A stretch of DNA of 64,000 nt, taken from assembly GCA_965637545.1 (NCBI GenBank), contig OZ281497.1, positions 22,568,001-22,632,000 of the forward strand, written 5' to 3'. Positions within the stretch are counted from its first letter, which is position 1. Each line of letters starts with the position of its first letter. A program made the position numbers and the translations under genes. Shown piece after piece: positions 47,501 through 61,000 of this stretch. Source of the stretch: Phallusia mammillata. Its lineage: Eukaryota. The notes under the pieces were generated by a model, which did not search any database, had not been told where the DNA came from, and worked only from the letters and a program-made list of their open reading frames with translations.

Positions 47501-50500
47501 AAAAACAAAATCAGGGTGCATAATTTAACAGCAGAACATATACAGGACTTTTAGGATAATATGCAGGTGTCCCTATAAAACCTAAAACGCCAATTTCGAA
47601 TTTTCAAAGCGAACTAGTTTTCTTAAAGAATAAATCATATTGGGCAATTGATTTTCAGCCTCCTAAGTTTTGTGCAAACTAAACACAAAACAAAACTTAC
47701 TTTGGAAACTTCTTCCGGGTACCACATCACGTACTCGAATTTTCCTGAGTTACACTTCTTGCACTGTTGGCCGTACAACTTGAACTGCACGTAGCCGTTA
47801 TTTGTAGCGTAGTCTAAGTGAAACCAGAAGGTCACTCTTCCCTTCATGGAGGTCCAGCCGTTACCACAATCCTAGAAAATAATCAACCATGTTGAGGTCA
47901 TGAAATTTATCGACTAACATTTTCATATGAATGAACTCTTAGAGATAAAGATATTTTATTGCAAGTTACGTTTTAACAGACCACGGGCAGATTTTTGAAA
48001 AGCAGAAGATTGTGTCACTGTTAATAGAAACATTTTAATGAACCCTTTTGACTTTTAGCTGATGAATTTATGCAAAATGTATTAGGTTCAGTTTGTTGCC
48101 AGGACGTTTATCACAAAGTATGTTATTATATATCACACTGGATCGCGTAAATATCTTAGCTTCCTATAAACAAGTTACCTATAACTACCGGACATAGTTT
48201 CAGATTTTAACTTTGTCAGATTTTATTCAACAAAAATAGTAGTTTTAATTTTTTATTTGTTTAATTAGGTGCTCGAAACCGGTAAAGTGTTTACACAAAA
48301 AAAAAACAATATAACTGTTAAAGCGTGAGATCAGTCCTAATTGGAGAAACATGTTTATATCGTGATGTCCAATAGCAAAAAAATGTGCACGCATAAGCAT
48401 TGGCTCGTGCACGACCATAAATTATCTGCACAGCTAAACGGAAAAGCGGAGTGAAGTGGGGTTGACAGGATGGAAGATTTAAACGACGTGGGTTGTCATA
48501 TCGCGTGGGTAAAAAGTCAACTTAGTCTTCGTTTTTGAGCTCCGATAATTTTATCTCTCTCTTATATAACTCAGCTTAATAGGTCATGCGTGGAACAGAT
48601 ATAAGCTATCCACGTGGGTTCGAAATAAGTTTAAAAATGGGTTGGGTGGCAAGCATGGACCACAGACATAAATGTATCATGTTAAATCGTTTAACTAGGC
48701 CTATATCATGGCTGCTTTTGAACGATTCCTACACTACCCTAAATCTTTTTCCAAGTAGGCCTATCCTATTACACTAGTTATATCTAATTTAAATTAAAAA
48801 GCATTTTAGCAGGGATAGTTAGTCAAGGATGTCGTGCACTCTTAAACATCCATTAACTGAGGCTATAGCATATACCTGGAGCAGTTTGCAAAAAAGGCCC
48901 ACAACGCTTGTGTTTTGCAACAAGATCACATGTGTATGATAGTTAAATGGTTTTCAAGAAGAACGTTTTTTGGTCTACCTGGCAACAAAACCGAACTTTG
49001 GCGCTGTCCCGGTGAAATTTCCACTTGAGGGGCGGTGCAGAGTTAGTGATGGTGAGATACCAGACATGAGGGGGGTAGAATGTGCTGAAGAGTCGGCTAA
49101 ACTCCCCATGCCAAACAACTTCCATTCCACTGTAAAAAAATAAATAATAAATAATCCATAGCCTTAAAACATAAGCAAATCAAATTTCTACAAGTAATGA
49201 AGATCTATGTCCTAACAGCAATTATTAATGTATTTATGAAATTAAAGAGTGGTGTAAAACAAACCCACAGAACCAGGCTTGGAGATTAAGTATATGAGTA
49301 CTTAAAACATAATATTCTTATATGTTGGGGCATTGTTGCACGGTTGTCGCAAACTGAATCACGAGTAGCCAGAAAAAGATGTTCAATCTATTGTGTTATA
49401 TTATGCAATGAGTAATAAGGGCTGTGTGCCGAAACTGTGCGTTTATTGATGAGCTCGGATCGCTCCGAAACAAACAATCTGTTCTATCAGGGCGTCCGCT
49501 TTGTGATTCATAAAGCACAAACAATTCATCTATAAGCATGGGGCGCTTCTTTATAGCCAGCATCCATAATTAACTGATCTGTCTCGCAGCGGTTTGCAGT
49601 AAGGCGACCGTTTCCCCTTTAGTCGCGTAACTCGGTGTTCTAAAATTAATAGACCCGCATCACTCGTGAAGTGACTCCTTGCGAAAATAAAAAAACTGCC
49701 AAGCTTTTCAGACTTTTCAAACATTGGCAAAGTCCAATCGTCGCAGAAGACCTTTTAGAAAATTGTGGTTGGATAAACGGTTTTAAAGCCAAAATAGGCC
49801 TGGGTTGGTTGTTTCTTTTCCGGGAGTGGTGAATGGAAACATTTTTGGATTTTTTGAAAACACAGAAATTGTTAAATGCTATGGAAAATGTTTGGAACGC
49901 AAAGAAGTTATGGTTTCGGTGTTTAAACTTGTACCAATAAGCAAAGAGTTTGGTAACGGTTAAGATAAATGGCACCCTTAGTAAAATTGTGACATTTCCC
50001 TTTGCGCGGGGATAAACAATTAATTACGATTACAATGTCTAATTAAAACACGTTGCGAAATATACGCCATTAAGTTGTTGAGATACATTTAGAATAACCT
50101 AGGTGAAAGCGGATTTATCACCTCACGTAACCCCAGTCAAGTGACCCCTTGTTGCCCGCGGATACCGGTTGAACGAGCATACGGCGCCACGCACTGCTAT
50201 ATAACTCTAACATACAGCACAGCAGCACGATGGCCCTCTGTGAGCGTGTGTGTGTGCGTGTATAGAGGGCTGCTGCAGTTGCTAGTGAAGGGAAGCGATC
50301 TTTTAAGCTTCCTGTGCAGTACTTCCGCACAGCATCCAGCCAGCAGCCTTCTCAGGGCTGCGATAATACAGCGATGGCCCGGCGACCGTTTGTCTAACAC
50401 CGTATCTGTCATACCAATGCGCTTCCATACACAATACTATATGCGCACCTATATACTATGGAGCTAATGGATTTACGAAACTGCAGTGCTGTCTACATAA

Positions 50501-51645
50501 GATAGTTTTATGTTATTCATGCATTTATACACGCCCGTACGGCAGAGAATTCACACACTTTAGCTTTAACCCTAAACGCTAAGACGAAAAGTTGTTAACT
50601 TATAGAATTGTCGATTTGGTGGTTTAAATACAAGAGTACAAGACAACTGGGCAATCTTAATTGCAGCACAGGGTTTGCAAATGTCAATGGTATATAAATA
50701 TCAGACAAAAATGTATTCTTCATGTCTAATATTGCTTGCAACGCGTTTAGTGTTTCAAATGAATAAGCAAGAAGACGCTCTGATCAAAATGACGTCCTTT
50801 TCGACATACACGATTACATCAAACATGTGTCACATAGAGACACGTCAAAAATGCTTGCAAATCATTTGTTTATTTTTCGATATATTTTTGCGTCATTTTT
50901 ATCTCATTTATGACCAGCCGCGCATACAGGAAGAACGAGGTATATTATAACGTTGCGACAGTTACGTTGACAAGATTACTCGCACATGGCCCGTGATAAT
51001 TTCCTTTTCAGGCAATCAAGTGCCATTGTCAAAAACCGACGTTAATAAATATATACACCACCTAATAAGGTATTACCCTGATGCTATCTTACTGTACAAC
51101 GGGCTTATTTATAGGGTCAAGCTTATTTATAGCTTATTTCTATTTGAAATAAGGTTTGGTTGAAAGATTTGGATTGAGCTTTTAAACGTACATAATGAAG
51201 TATTAAACTTATGATACTTAATTCGGAATCATTTGTTTAAGGACACGTGTCAAGGAAAAACTATTCGAGCATGACAATGTTATCTTTCGTTTCAAGTCTA
51301 AAACTGTTTAAACATTAGTGAATTAACACGATCAAACTTCTTATTTACGAACACTTGGCATTATTACGTCACAATGCAACAAACAGTACACATTAAGTTT
51401 CAAATTTTAAAAGAAAACAAGACTTACTCGTTGTAGCAACCTCCTCCAACTGGAACTATGGGAACTTGCATTGTGTGAAGTGGAACGTTTTGAAACGTAG
51501 CTCCTCCATTAGTGGGGTTGGCCCCATATGCCGTGGTGATGGGTATGGTTGTCGGGGGCAGGGGTCCAGGAATGGGTCCGGGAAGGGGGCCTGGGATTGC
51601 CCCAGGAAAGTTGTAGAACTGCGGGATGGCGACTGTCGATGCCAT
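44533..51645 (-). CDS. zf-3CxxC (receptor-transporting protein / RTP-like) zinc-finger protein, 459 aa
   Basis: Exons 51645-51428, 49129-48979, 47871-47701, 45746-45600, 45225-44533, all GT-AG with consistent phases (2,0,0,0) and 1380 nt total. Motifs RFCCQDC..WTS..VTFWFH, YGQQCKKC, HNSDLCQAC..GEC. Pro-rich N- and C-terminal extensions. Confidence 0.85.
45541..45577. repeat. 14-bp tandem repeat in intron
   Basis: agattcgattctcg x2.6, near the donor of RTP-like exon 4. Confidence 0.8.
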
Positions 51646-54600
51646 GTCTTCTTGAACACGTTGCTGGTGTAATGATAAAATTTACAGGTTTGCTAAAAGT
51701 CCGTCTACGTAGTTTCTTCCTTTCTCTGCTTCGATGAATAGCAAATTGTTATACGCCGTTTTTTCACGGGATGAAACTGGATATACACAGAAATGTTCAA
51801 TTCTCTTTACTCTGCTGAAACTTCGGGGTGACAAACAACAAACAGCAAACGCCGATTACAAAAATGATTTCTGATCGACCGAAGGAAAAACGATCGTCTT
51901 AACTGCTACTGGGTATCTGGATATATGCACTAACAGCTTGTGGCAGCTTGCTTCTCATAGCTACTACGGTGGCGTAACGGAAATGCGTGCGAAAAAGGAC
52001 CAGCAGCCATTTACATCAGTGGCAGCCTGTTGGTGCTATACACGCGACTGCAACGCTTCTTGCCTGCCTGCCGATGAGCTTAGATATGTGTCTGTGCCTT
52101 GCAAAGCCGCTGGATAAAATGCAAAACACTAGTGCCAATGTGGTAACACCGCACCATTTTACACATGCAATGCGACTGTTTGAAAAAAAAAATGAATTTG
52201 GAAAAAAATATTAGGGTCGCTTATATTTGCTGTTTAGTTTGTATGATAGTTATTATAATGATAAGTATCTAGCTCTGTAAAAAATTGCAGAGCTTGCCAC
52301 ACACGTGTTTCTGGATGCGAACCAGCTTGGTCTAACGCCTTATCCGTTTGTGTATGCGTTACAACATATATATAAAGTCTGAAATGCGCATATCATTATA
52401 AGCTATTTATTATATTTGCATCCGTCAGTGGAAATGCATGCAGTTCATTAGGAACCCTTTTCTAACAGTCACGGTCACCTCAATATATTTTAAAAATCGG
52501 TAAAACCGCAAAGTTTATGAATAACTGGAGTTTAAAGTCCTGACATGACAGTCGTCAGGAAGTATATACGCAACAGTCAAATTACGTTACATGACATTTG
52601 CATAATTGATCATTGCAGTCGCTAGCAAACTGTTTTTGAGCAAAACTCTTATCTCCAAGGCCAAGCGAATAGCATACACAGTTCTAAACCTAATGATTTT
52701 AAAAACCAAATAACACCTTTGTTTAACAAAGTGCGCCACATAACAGCGAAAGTAAGGTATCAGGAGGTGTAAAAGTGATACTTTAGGAATAATTTGTCTA
52801 CTCTTGTAACGTCTCACATCTAATTAACACAGGAAGGAGGTTGCTTTGCTCTATCGGCACTGACCAAACTTATAAGACTTCCGATTTTATGGTTAAAGAG
52901 AAACTTCTTCTCATTAACATATTGCCCGTGTTATGACAATGCGCAGTCCTTGTCCCATACAGACGAGATCTTAACAAATTTGCAAAAAACAACTAATGCT
53001 ATTTTAGTGTGCTGTTTGCCATTCAAAATGTGTAACAAATCGCGGTTTTTCAGCTAGTCTAATATTTTTCTATTTGTCTTGCATATACCTCAACAGCAAG
53101 CCGGTTTATAAAAAAATTTTAAGCCGAAATACAGATTAGACATCAAACATCAAACGTAACAGGCTTAAAGGACCTTATCTGAGGATTACTCTAAAGTTGA
53201 CAACTACACAAATTTAGTTTGACAACTAATTCAACAGCAAATATTAAACCAACTTTTCAACTCTATATCATGAGCTGTTTATTCTCATCTTTACAAGCTA
53301 AGAAAGATGAACTATAGCTGCTACCATAATGTCAAGTTCGCGGCATACATCCCTTATATATTCACCGTAATACGAAAAACGTTTGAAAGTTACCAAGGTG
53401 GTGGACATCCGTGTTCACAGGGGCCAATCGCTGTGTGCGGACTTAACCCTGACGGCAAGTTGGCTCTAGACTAGCAGGGGGCATCCAAAACGGCGAGTGG
53501 CTCTACTGGCCAATACGAACGGTGCGAGGATTAGAAGGCCCAGGCGACTTGCATGCGTGCGACTGCATTAAAGCGATGTACAGGAAATATCCCAAATTAG
53601 TGGAAAATCTTCGCTGGGCACATAGATGTTCAGGATACGTACTGACGTTTCTTATCTATCTGTGTCGTCTTGTGTTTTCAGAGAAACTTTAAGAGGTGTT
53701 TGCGGGTGGTTTCCATGGAAATATGACTTTTTGGAATTGTTTTTTGGCGTATAAAATTCATGGCCATGACGATATGAGGTTGTTTAAGTAAAAAGGGTTC
53801 AAACTCATGTCTTGGACATTCTTTTGGAATTGCTAACCTTTGTGGCAATAGAAATATGTAATCCTGGTGACCAAGTATAGGCCTGTCTCTTGGTCCACAC
53901 ACTCAAACGGGTTTTAGCTGCTACGTAGCGATGGAAAATGTCGCCGCGCGATTACTATAAGGTTGAGAACCACTGTATCAATACATGCTTGTATCGAACA
54001 CAAAATTATAACCGACTATATTTTAGACCCACCATACAATGGTTGTCATTTAACCGAAACTTTTTGACCCATTGTTTCCTTGCAACGTTTCGGTTTCATC
54101 CCGAACTGTCTTTGCATTGGGAAGGAAATGCCTGAAGCTTTACAATTAAACAATTGAAACATGCAGTTGTCTTCATAAATAAACGACATTGTTATAATGT
54201 GACTCATGTCAGGCGGAATAATTTAAACAATCAATCAATTTTCTTCAATTTCCATCGTTGGCTCTAAAATCTCAACAAGTTTTTGTCTAATAAATTTTCA
54301 CGCTTTTTAACGAATAACTTGACAACCAAAGATAAAACAACACAACGAACAAAACAGTTGTTGCACCAAAAATGTGATTTAATTACTTCGCCATTCTAAA
54401 TTTAAATTTGGCCCACATTTGCTTGGCGAGACAAAATTTAGCCAATTTCTATTAACATCGTAAACAAGTTACCAAAAATAATTAAACCGACGTAAACTGC
54501 GTACCGGTTTATTATTAATCCAAATTGCGTCAAGTTACGTCGACGTCGATGCGTCAAGTTACGCACGCAAGCTAAAGTGAGCAAAGAAATAATTGCATAG

Positions 54601-55303
54601 ACCAAAAACACTTCAAAATGACCTTTAGGGATCTTAATGTCAACACACAAGGAGGTCGTATACAAATAACCTGATAGTTCCATCCGTGCGCTGAATGGCC
54701 CGATTTATTCGCTGTAACGACAGATCGTTTTTCGAAGCCCGCCGCTTGCTAACGGAACCTGAGTCAGAGCTCGACCTCGCCAGTCACGTGACCTGTTGCC
54801 CAGCAACCGTCAACCAGGGCCGTTGTGACGCAGGACACGGCGTTTCCGCTTTAGGCAGGCGCCCGCCAGGCAGTGTGCTCCGAGGTTTACGCTTAGTAAA
54901 AAAGTAAAACCAGCTTGTTGGACATTCCGGAATGTCACGTGACAGATGGTTAGGTGTTGTTCAGTCGCAATTGCGATGAGAACCGCTTATTGTTAAACAA
55001 TGCCGTTGTAGGAGTTGCCTTGCAAGATTCGTTAATGAGTTTAAAGTCATAGCAATTTAAGAACCTATATTTGGAACAGCTGTCGGATGTAAATCATCAT
55101 TCATTTTCAACATGTTTTTCAAGCACCACGCAGTTGCTCGCACAAACTTTGTGATAACATTTATGCGCATGGTATATACTAGTGACCGGGCACTATTAAA
55201 GGTGTCTTTTGCTTAATAGCTGGCATATAAAAAAGTTATACTGGATTTTTTTAAATTAATTATATCCTCTAAAACAATACACTTGTTTTATCATGGTATA
55301 GCT

Positions 55304-55501
55304 CAGGGGTCGGCAACCATTTTTGCATTGCGGACCGGTTTAAAACTGATTTTTTTGTCACGAACCGCCCTTTAAAAACCACAAATGTTCAGCACTAAAA
55401 ACTTATTACAGTTATTACTTTGATTCAATGTGAACCTTGAGCAAGTTTTATGCGGCCCGGTACACGCCTAACGGACCGGCACGGTTGGTTGTCGACGACT
55501 G
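55304..55501. mobile_element. hAT-type MITE (198 bp)
   Basis: TIRs caggggtcggcaacc / ggttgtcgacgactg. Degenerate TSD gtatagct / gtgttgct. Related to 60921..61158. Confidence 0.65.
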
Positions 55502-55629
55502 GTGTTGCTAACAGAGAAGGTATATGCCAAATATTTTTTTCCGGTGTTGTTTGTAAATCGTTTTGTGTCATTTTATTTGACCTTATGAAACCACAGCTGT
55601 TTTAGTCTTTGAAGTGTTGGTGCCTTGAA

Positions 55630-55806
55630 CAATAAATATCGGATTTGGTTAATCCGGATCTTCGTCTAATTTGGACAAAACTCGAGGTGCAAAAGATTTG
55701 TAATGTGTTAAAGGTTTAACTAATATACATCGGTAAACCGGATCTTCGCCTATTCTAGACAATTTTATAGGTCCAAACGGGTCCGGATTAACCGAGGATT
55801 GGGTAA
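55630..55806. mobile_element. MITE-like inverted-repeat element
   Basis: Inverted ggttaatccggatc / ggtccggattaacc, with motifs shared with 60818..60915. Confidence 0.4.
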
Positions 55807-57759
55807 CTTCATCGTTCCTGTGTGGACAAGTCGAGATTCGATACATTAACCTTACGAGAAGACGGAGCACAATCGTTTGTTGCACTAGACTGCATTGGAT
55901 TTTGAAGATTTACACCAACAGCTGCTTTAATTTCCATTAAAATAAACTGCCTTACTTACACTTTGAGAAAACACAAACACACAAAAAAGTCAATTAACAA
56001 GTGGGTTTACTTTTTGCCAAATGCTAGCGTCAAGAAACAAGCGCTAAACGAGAAGAAAAACATATTCACAACGGTTGGCTCGCGACAGGACGGCGGGACG
56101 GACGAATCGCTGTGAGAACAACAGGCGAGGGGATCTCCCCCATTGGAGGCAAAGGTAAAAATGGGCATGCACGGTTCAATGTACAGGCGTCGGAGTAAAA
56201 CTGACAGCTATACGATGTGTAGTAGGCTTATATATGTAGTTTAACGTTTTGTTCAAATTAACCGATTGACATATTTAAGCTCTGAAGGTCTAAAAGCACA
56301 AAAGACTGCTAGACAAGCTCTTGTATGTGAAAACTAACACATGACAAAATTCACCCGAAAAAAAAAATATTTTCAGGTTGGACAAAATGTTTTACATACT
56401 TTGTGCTCCAATTTCAATTGCTTTAAAGTGGTAATTACAGTTCTTTTTACACTAAACTTGGTACAGACAATTGTGGATAATGGCAACTGAAATGTCCAAG
56501 CGATAAACCGGAATATGCAATTAAATGGTTTTTGCTAATGATATGCTACAGTTAATGTTTTTAGTGTGCAATTACACGGAATTTGCTATTGGCTGGATTG
56601 CGATTAACCGAATCACCTGTAATTTTACTTGTTATTTGTATTTGATTTGAAAGTTAACTACGGAAAAGCGATAAATCCTACAAGACGTTAGGAATAAAAA
56701 ATCGCACAAGACCACCAAGTATGCTTTTATAAATGAAATATTAACATGAATAAGTGTTACTGGTCGCGATGGGGTTATAAGCAACTTAAAGGCAATGAAA
56801 GATTCGAATCAACACGATTCAGAATATTGAATCCCAAAAAAGATCCGGAATCGAAAAAAATTCAACAACTTTGATCAGGATTATATAGGACCCTTGTAGT
56901 GAGATATTCGGAAAAACTATTCTAGAATAATCTAGAACACCTCACTATTATGCTTTGCAAAAGCGACTTCAACGCACAAAAAGACAAAGCTAATATTTCG
57001 TAAATCTGGCATAAATATACAGAAAAGTGAAATTCGCTCGAAAGTTCGCGAAACTACATGTAGAGGAGGAACTAGATAAAATTCTACGCGCATTTATGTT
57101 ACAGAACAGTCTAGTGCTACTTAATATCTCGTGACAATTGCTAGTTCGTCGCGCACGGCACAGCCGGTTACATGCGAGTGATTGTAAAGGGTAATATACG
57201 CACCAGGCCGATATTATTGCACGGGAAAGGACTTTTGGTAGAGCAGCGTCACTACAGGATTGTTTCGGGAATTTTTGGAACGGAGATGATACTAAAATGT
57301 TTGGTTGTTTATGTTTTAGGGCGATCTGGATAATTTTTGTGTAAGGATGTAACAAAACCAATAAGCGTCGCCGTGAAAAAAGATGAAAATTATTTATGCC
57401 TGTGTTTCAAGGCTATAATCGAGGCTTTGTGACACAGCATTTTTTGTGCTTATTTAGCAAAAATCGCGCAAGATGTGTGCTCATTGTTACAACGCAAAAG
57501 GTCTTGTGAGAAATTATAAAGCATCAAAACTATATGACTTGGCGGTATTAAGTTGGTACGAAGTGTTTCAATACAGTTTTGCTTACTTCCTAAATGAGAG
57601 CATTTTTTGAGAGAGTCAATTTTGAATTGATTTTCGGACAGTGGCATTGGATGATCACCAAGAGACAGCGCTGCAAGGGATTGCATTGAAATCGGGAACG
57701 AAAAAAGAAAATAAACGAATTCGCGGCAACAAACGCTAAACCTGGCGACAGAAAAAAAA

Positions 57760-57960
57760 ACTAAACACCTTGTAAAGGACAAGGTCGCATGACGTCATCC
57801 TAGTGTGTGACGTCGTAAAGTGTGACGTCGTAAAGTGTGACGTCACAGAAAGTGTGAAAACTGGACAAAACACCTTGTGAACAAGGATTCGTGACGTCAT
57901 GCTATTGTTTGACGTCATAAAGTGTGTGTGACGTCATAAAATGTGACGTCACAGAACGTG
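57760..57960. repeat. ~100-bp tandem duplication rich in TGACGTCA palindromes
   Basis: Six TGACGTCA (57790, 57838, 57892, 57910, 57929, 57944) and two TGACGTCG (57808, 57823) sites in two similar units. Confidence 0.8.
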
Positions 57961-58032
57961 GGAAAACTGAACTGGCGATAAGAGTGTATGCGGGTAAACA
58001 GCAGTGTCATCTTATTAATGTACACAGCGCTA

Positions 58033-61000
58033 CTAAAGCTTGTAGATTTTGGTCGACGTGTTGTTGCCGTCCGCGGGCGCCACATCGTGGACACCGCTCG
58101 AAACTGTTCCGTTGTCGCCAGGTATCGCTGCTGGGACTGGAGCCGCGTGTTCGGGCACTTCGAGAGATTCGCGGTAGAATTGGCGATGGTTCTCCAAAGT
58201 TCGAGTGAAGGAGTCCTCTAAGCGCTGTAACGAGTTGAAAGGTTACATAAATGTTGATGTACATTATTTAGGTGTTTTAACATGCACAGCAATCAGTATC
58301 ATTAACAAAACATTTTATTGCAGTAAAATCGTAATATTTTTGCTTCGCATTTTTGTCTTATTCGAAAAACTTTCAGTCAGAACATAGAAAATTAAATACA
58401 TGAAAATTTAAGAATAACCGAGTTTAAATCAACGCTATGTTTTAATTTCTAAATACGATTTTCCAAAATTCGAAACACATCCTTAATTATCGCGCTTGCT
58501 GCTAAATTTACGATAAAAAGCATGCAAAGTTCAAGCAAAATCACGATCTCTTCGATCACAATTCTTTGAATAGAAACTAAAATCAGATCCATAATGTCTT
58601 GTCCCACTAGCGACCAGTGATAAATCAACAATAGCATGCATTCACATTTGCGACGTAATGTCGTTTTTGATGAAAAATGCAATGATTTCAGGTATGTGGT
58701 AGTCAAGGCACAATTCAACGAAAAAAAAAAGGTTGAGTTATTAGTTCAAGTCGAGGTCTCAAATTCTATATTATCGATATACCATGAACGTAAGTGTTTG
58801 TTCAAATTTCTTTATCTCTATTAAGTGGTTAAATCAAAACCATTACATTTGTATACAATTCCAGTTACTGCAAAAGCAACTACATTCTCCAAATTGTATT
58901 CTTGCGAATAACTGAAATTTGCAATTAACTGAGATAGTTTATGGCCATTGGCAACAATGTGAAATATGTAATCAACTTTTTTTTTCCCGGCAACTTTAAG
59001 CTACAGTTTAAGATTCAAAAGGCAATAAAACGGAATTTGCGAATTGTACAGCTTTCTAATTGCAATTTTCAGGCTGTTTTTCATTTCCAATTAAACGTAA
59101 CTTTCCGCCCTAAAACTGTTACATATGGGTTAGCAATGTCTTAAACAAAACCGGCAGTCTGATCGAACAAACCAGAATTATACCGGCTTGGTGCAAGTCA
59201 CATTTGATGACATTCAAATCCGGGTTTTCGGAACAAAAACTTAAGTAAAATCAGCAATGCGGCAGTCAAAATTATCTGCACACTACAGGCGAGCGACATT
59301 GGCAGTGCAACCTGCGTAACAAGAGAGTCCGAAGCCTGTCTTCTATGGCCGCCTTCCGCAACAGGGGACCCGCTGTGCAAATCCGACACCGACTTCGAGT
59401 CGGATCTTTTGCGGGAGAAATCCTTCTGCTCGCCCGCCAAAATCGGCAGCGACTTGGAGCTCGACAAGCTAATGTTGTCGCCGTCGCTCACACTAGACCT
59501 GACACTTTGGCGCCCACTGGCGAACGACTCGAACTTGTTAATTTGCCGCTTGACGGTGGGCGAGCTCAATTCTTGGTTTGCACGCAGTAGGTCGTCTTCA
59601 AGTTGCTAACATGAGGTACAACAACACATACAGCTTACATACAACAAAATAATCAACAAAAGCATGGAATTTTAAAGACCATATTTTCAATGTGTCTCAT
59701 TACTTAATTGAAGTTGGGTGTATTAAGTTAATGTGACTGTACCCTACAACATTGATCAAATCTGTAGACAATAGGACTGAATTTAGTCTTTTTTCTTTCC
59801 AGCAATAAATAAAACCACCCTTTGAACAGATTACTGAGCATAAAGTATAAGGCAACTATGTTTTAATTGCTACCTGGAAAAGTGAATGAGTGATTTTTAA
59901 CAAACACGCCAACCTGCATTGAAATCTACCGTTCACACCAAAGTCATTTTTACCGTACAAATGTGATTTTAAGGCTTTAACAATATTTATCAGCGGCATT
60001 TGTAATTTAACTCCATTTTAATCACTGGAGGCATCAACTATTATGTACAGCATACCAGCAGAGGTATATTCTATTGTTTAAGCTGTTTCCTGTAGACCCG
60101 CGGCCCACGATTGCAGCGTGGGCTGGACAGGTACTTTGTCATATCCTAACAAGTGGGTGGCAGTTCTACTTCGGTTTGTGGCACTTAACTAGTGATAATA
60201 CGTGTACGTTTATATGATGATAATGATTGGATGGGTAAAATAAAGTGAGTTTGTGGATGTACACAAATATGATAATAGTTTAAACCTCAAATTTGAATCT
60301 CCATTGCTTGGTAGATAAAGATTTTGAGATGTTTATATTAACCAAGCATCAGGACAAATGACTAAGGTTTTAATGAACAAAATGTGGTGTGTATTAAATT
60401 TAAAAGGTGTCTGTGCCTGTGAAATGCGAAGTAGGCATGCAAACATGATAGTCTACAAACAAACTCTACTTTATGAGCTAATTTATGAACACAACATACA
60501 ACAGTAAGAAAGAGAAGGCCAAAAGTGTTACACAAAACAAGGAAATACTTTGGCAGATTTGTCAAAGCAGTGTTTCTGCCCCAAAATAAATCACACTAAA
60601 AATATCATGCCCCCTGTGTAAGAATATAAAAAAGCGTTACCGTTTGGACACGCTTAACCTTCTTTAAGCTTAAAAAGGTTACAGCTAAAACATCAATGTG
60701 AGAGCTAACTTAAGTTTTGAGTTTGAAAAAATCCCCCCTCCCCCCTCACACATATGCTTAAAATCGGAAAACACTGGTCTAAACCAATGATTATGAAGTT
60801 TTCATATTTATTCAATACAAGTAAACCTCGCTTAACCCGGACCGGTTTGAACCAAAAATATTGTTCTGAATAGAAGATCCGTATTAACCGAATCCGGTTT
60901 AACCGATGTTTCCTGTAGAGCAGTGGTCGGCAACCTTTTTTGCACTGCGCACCGGTTTTGAACCTAAAATTTGATAACGGACCGGCCTTAAAAAACTAAC

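Noticed and set aside
49449-49490. Hammerhead-like ttgatgag...cgaaac...gttc
   Set aside because: C3 is missing, and stems I, II and III do not pair canonically.
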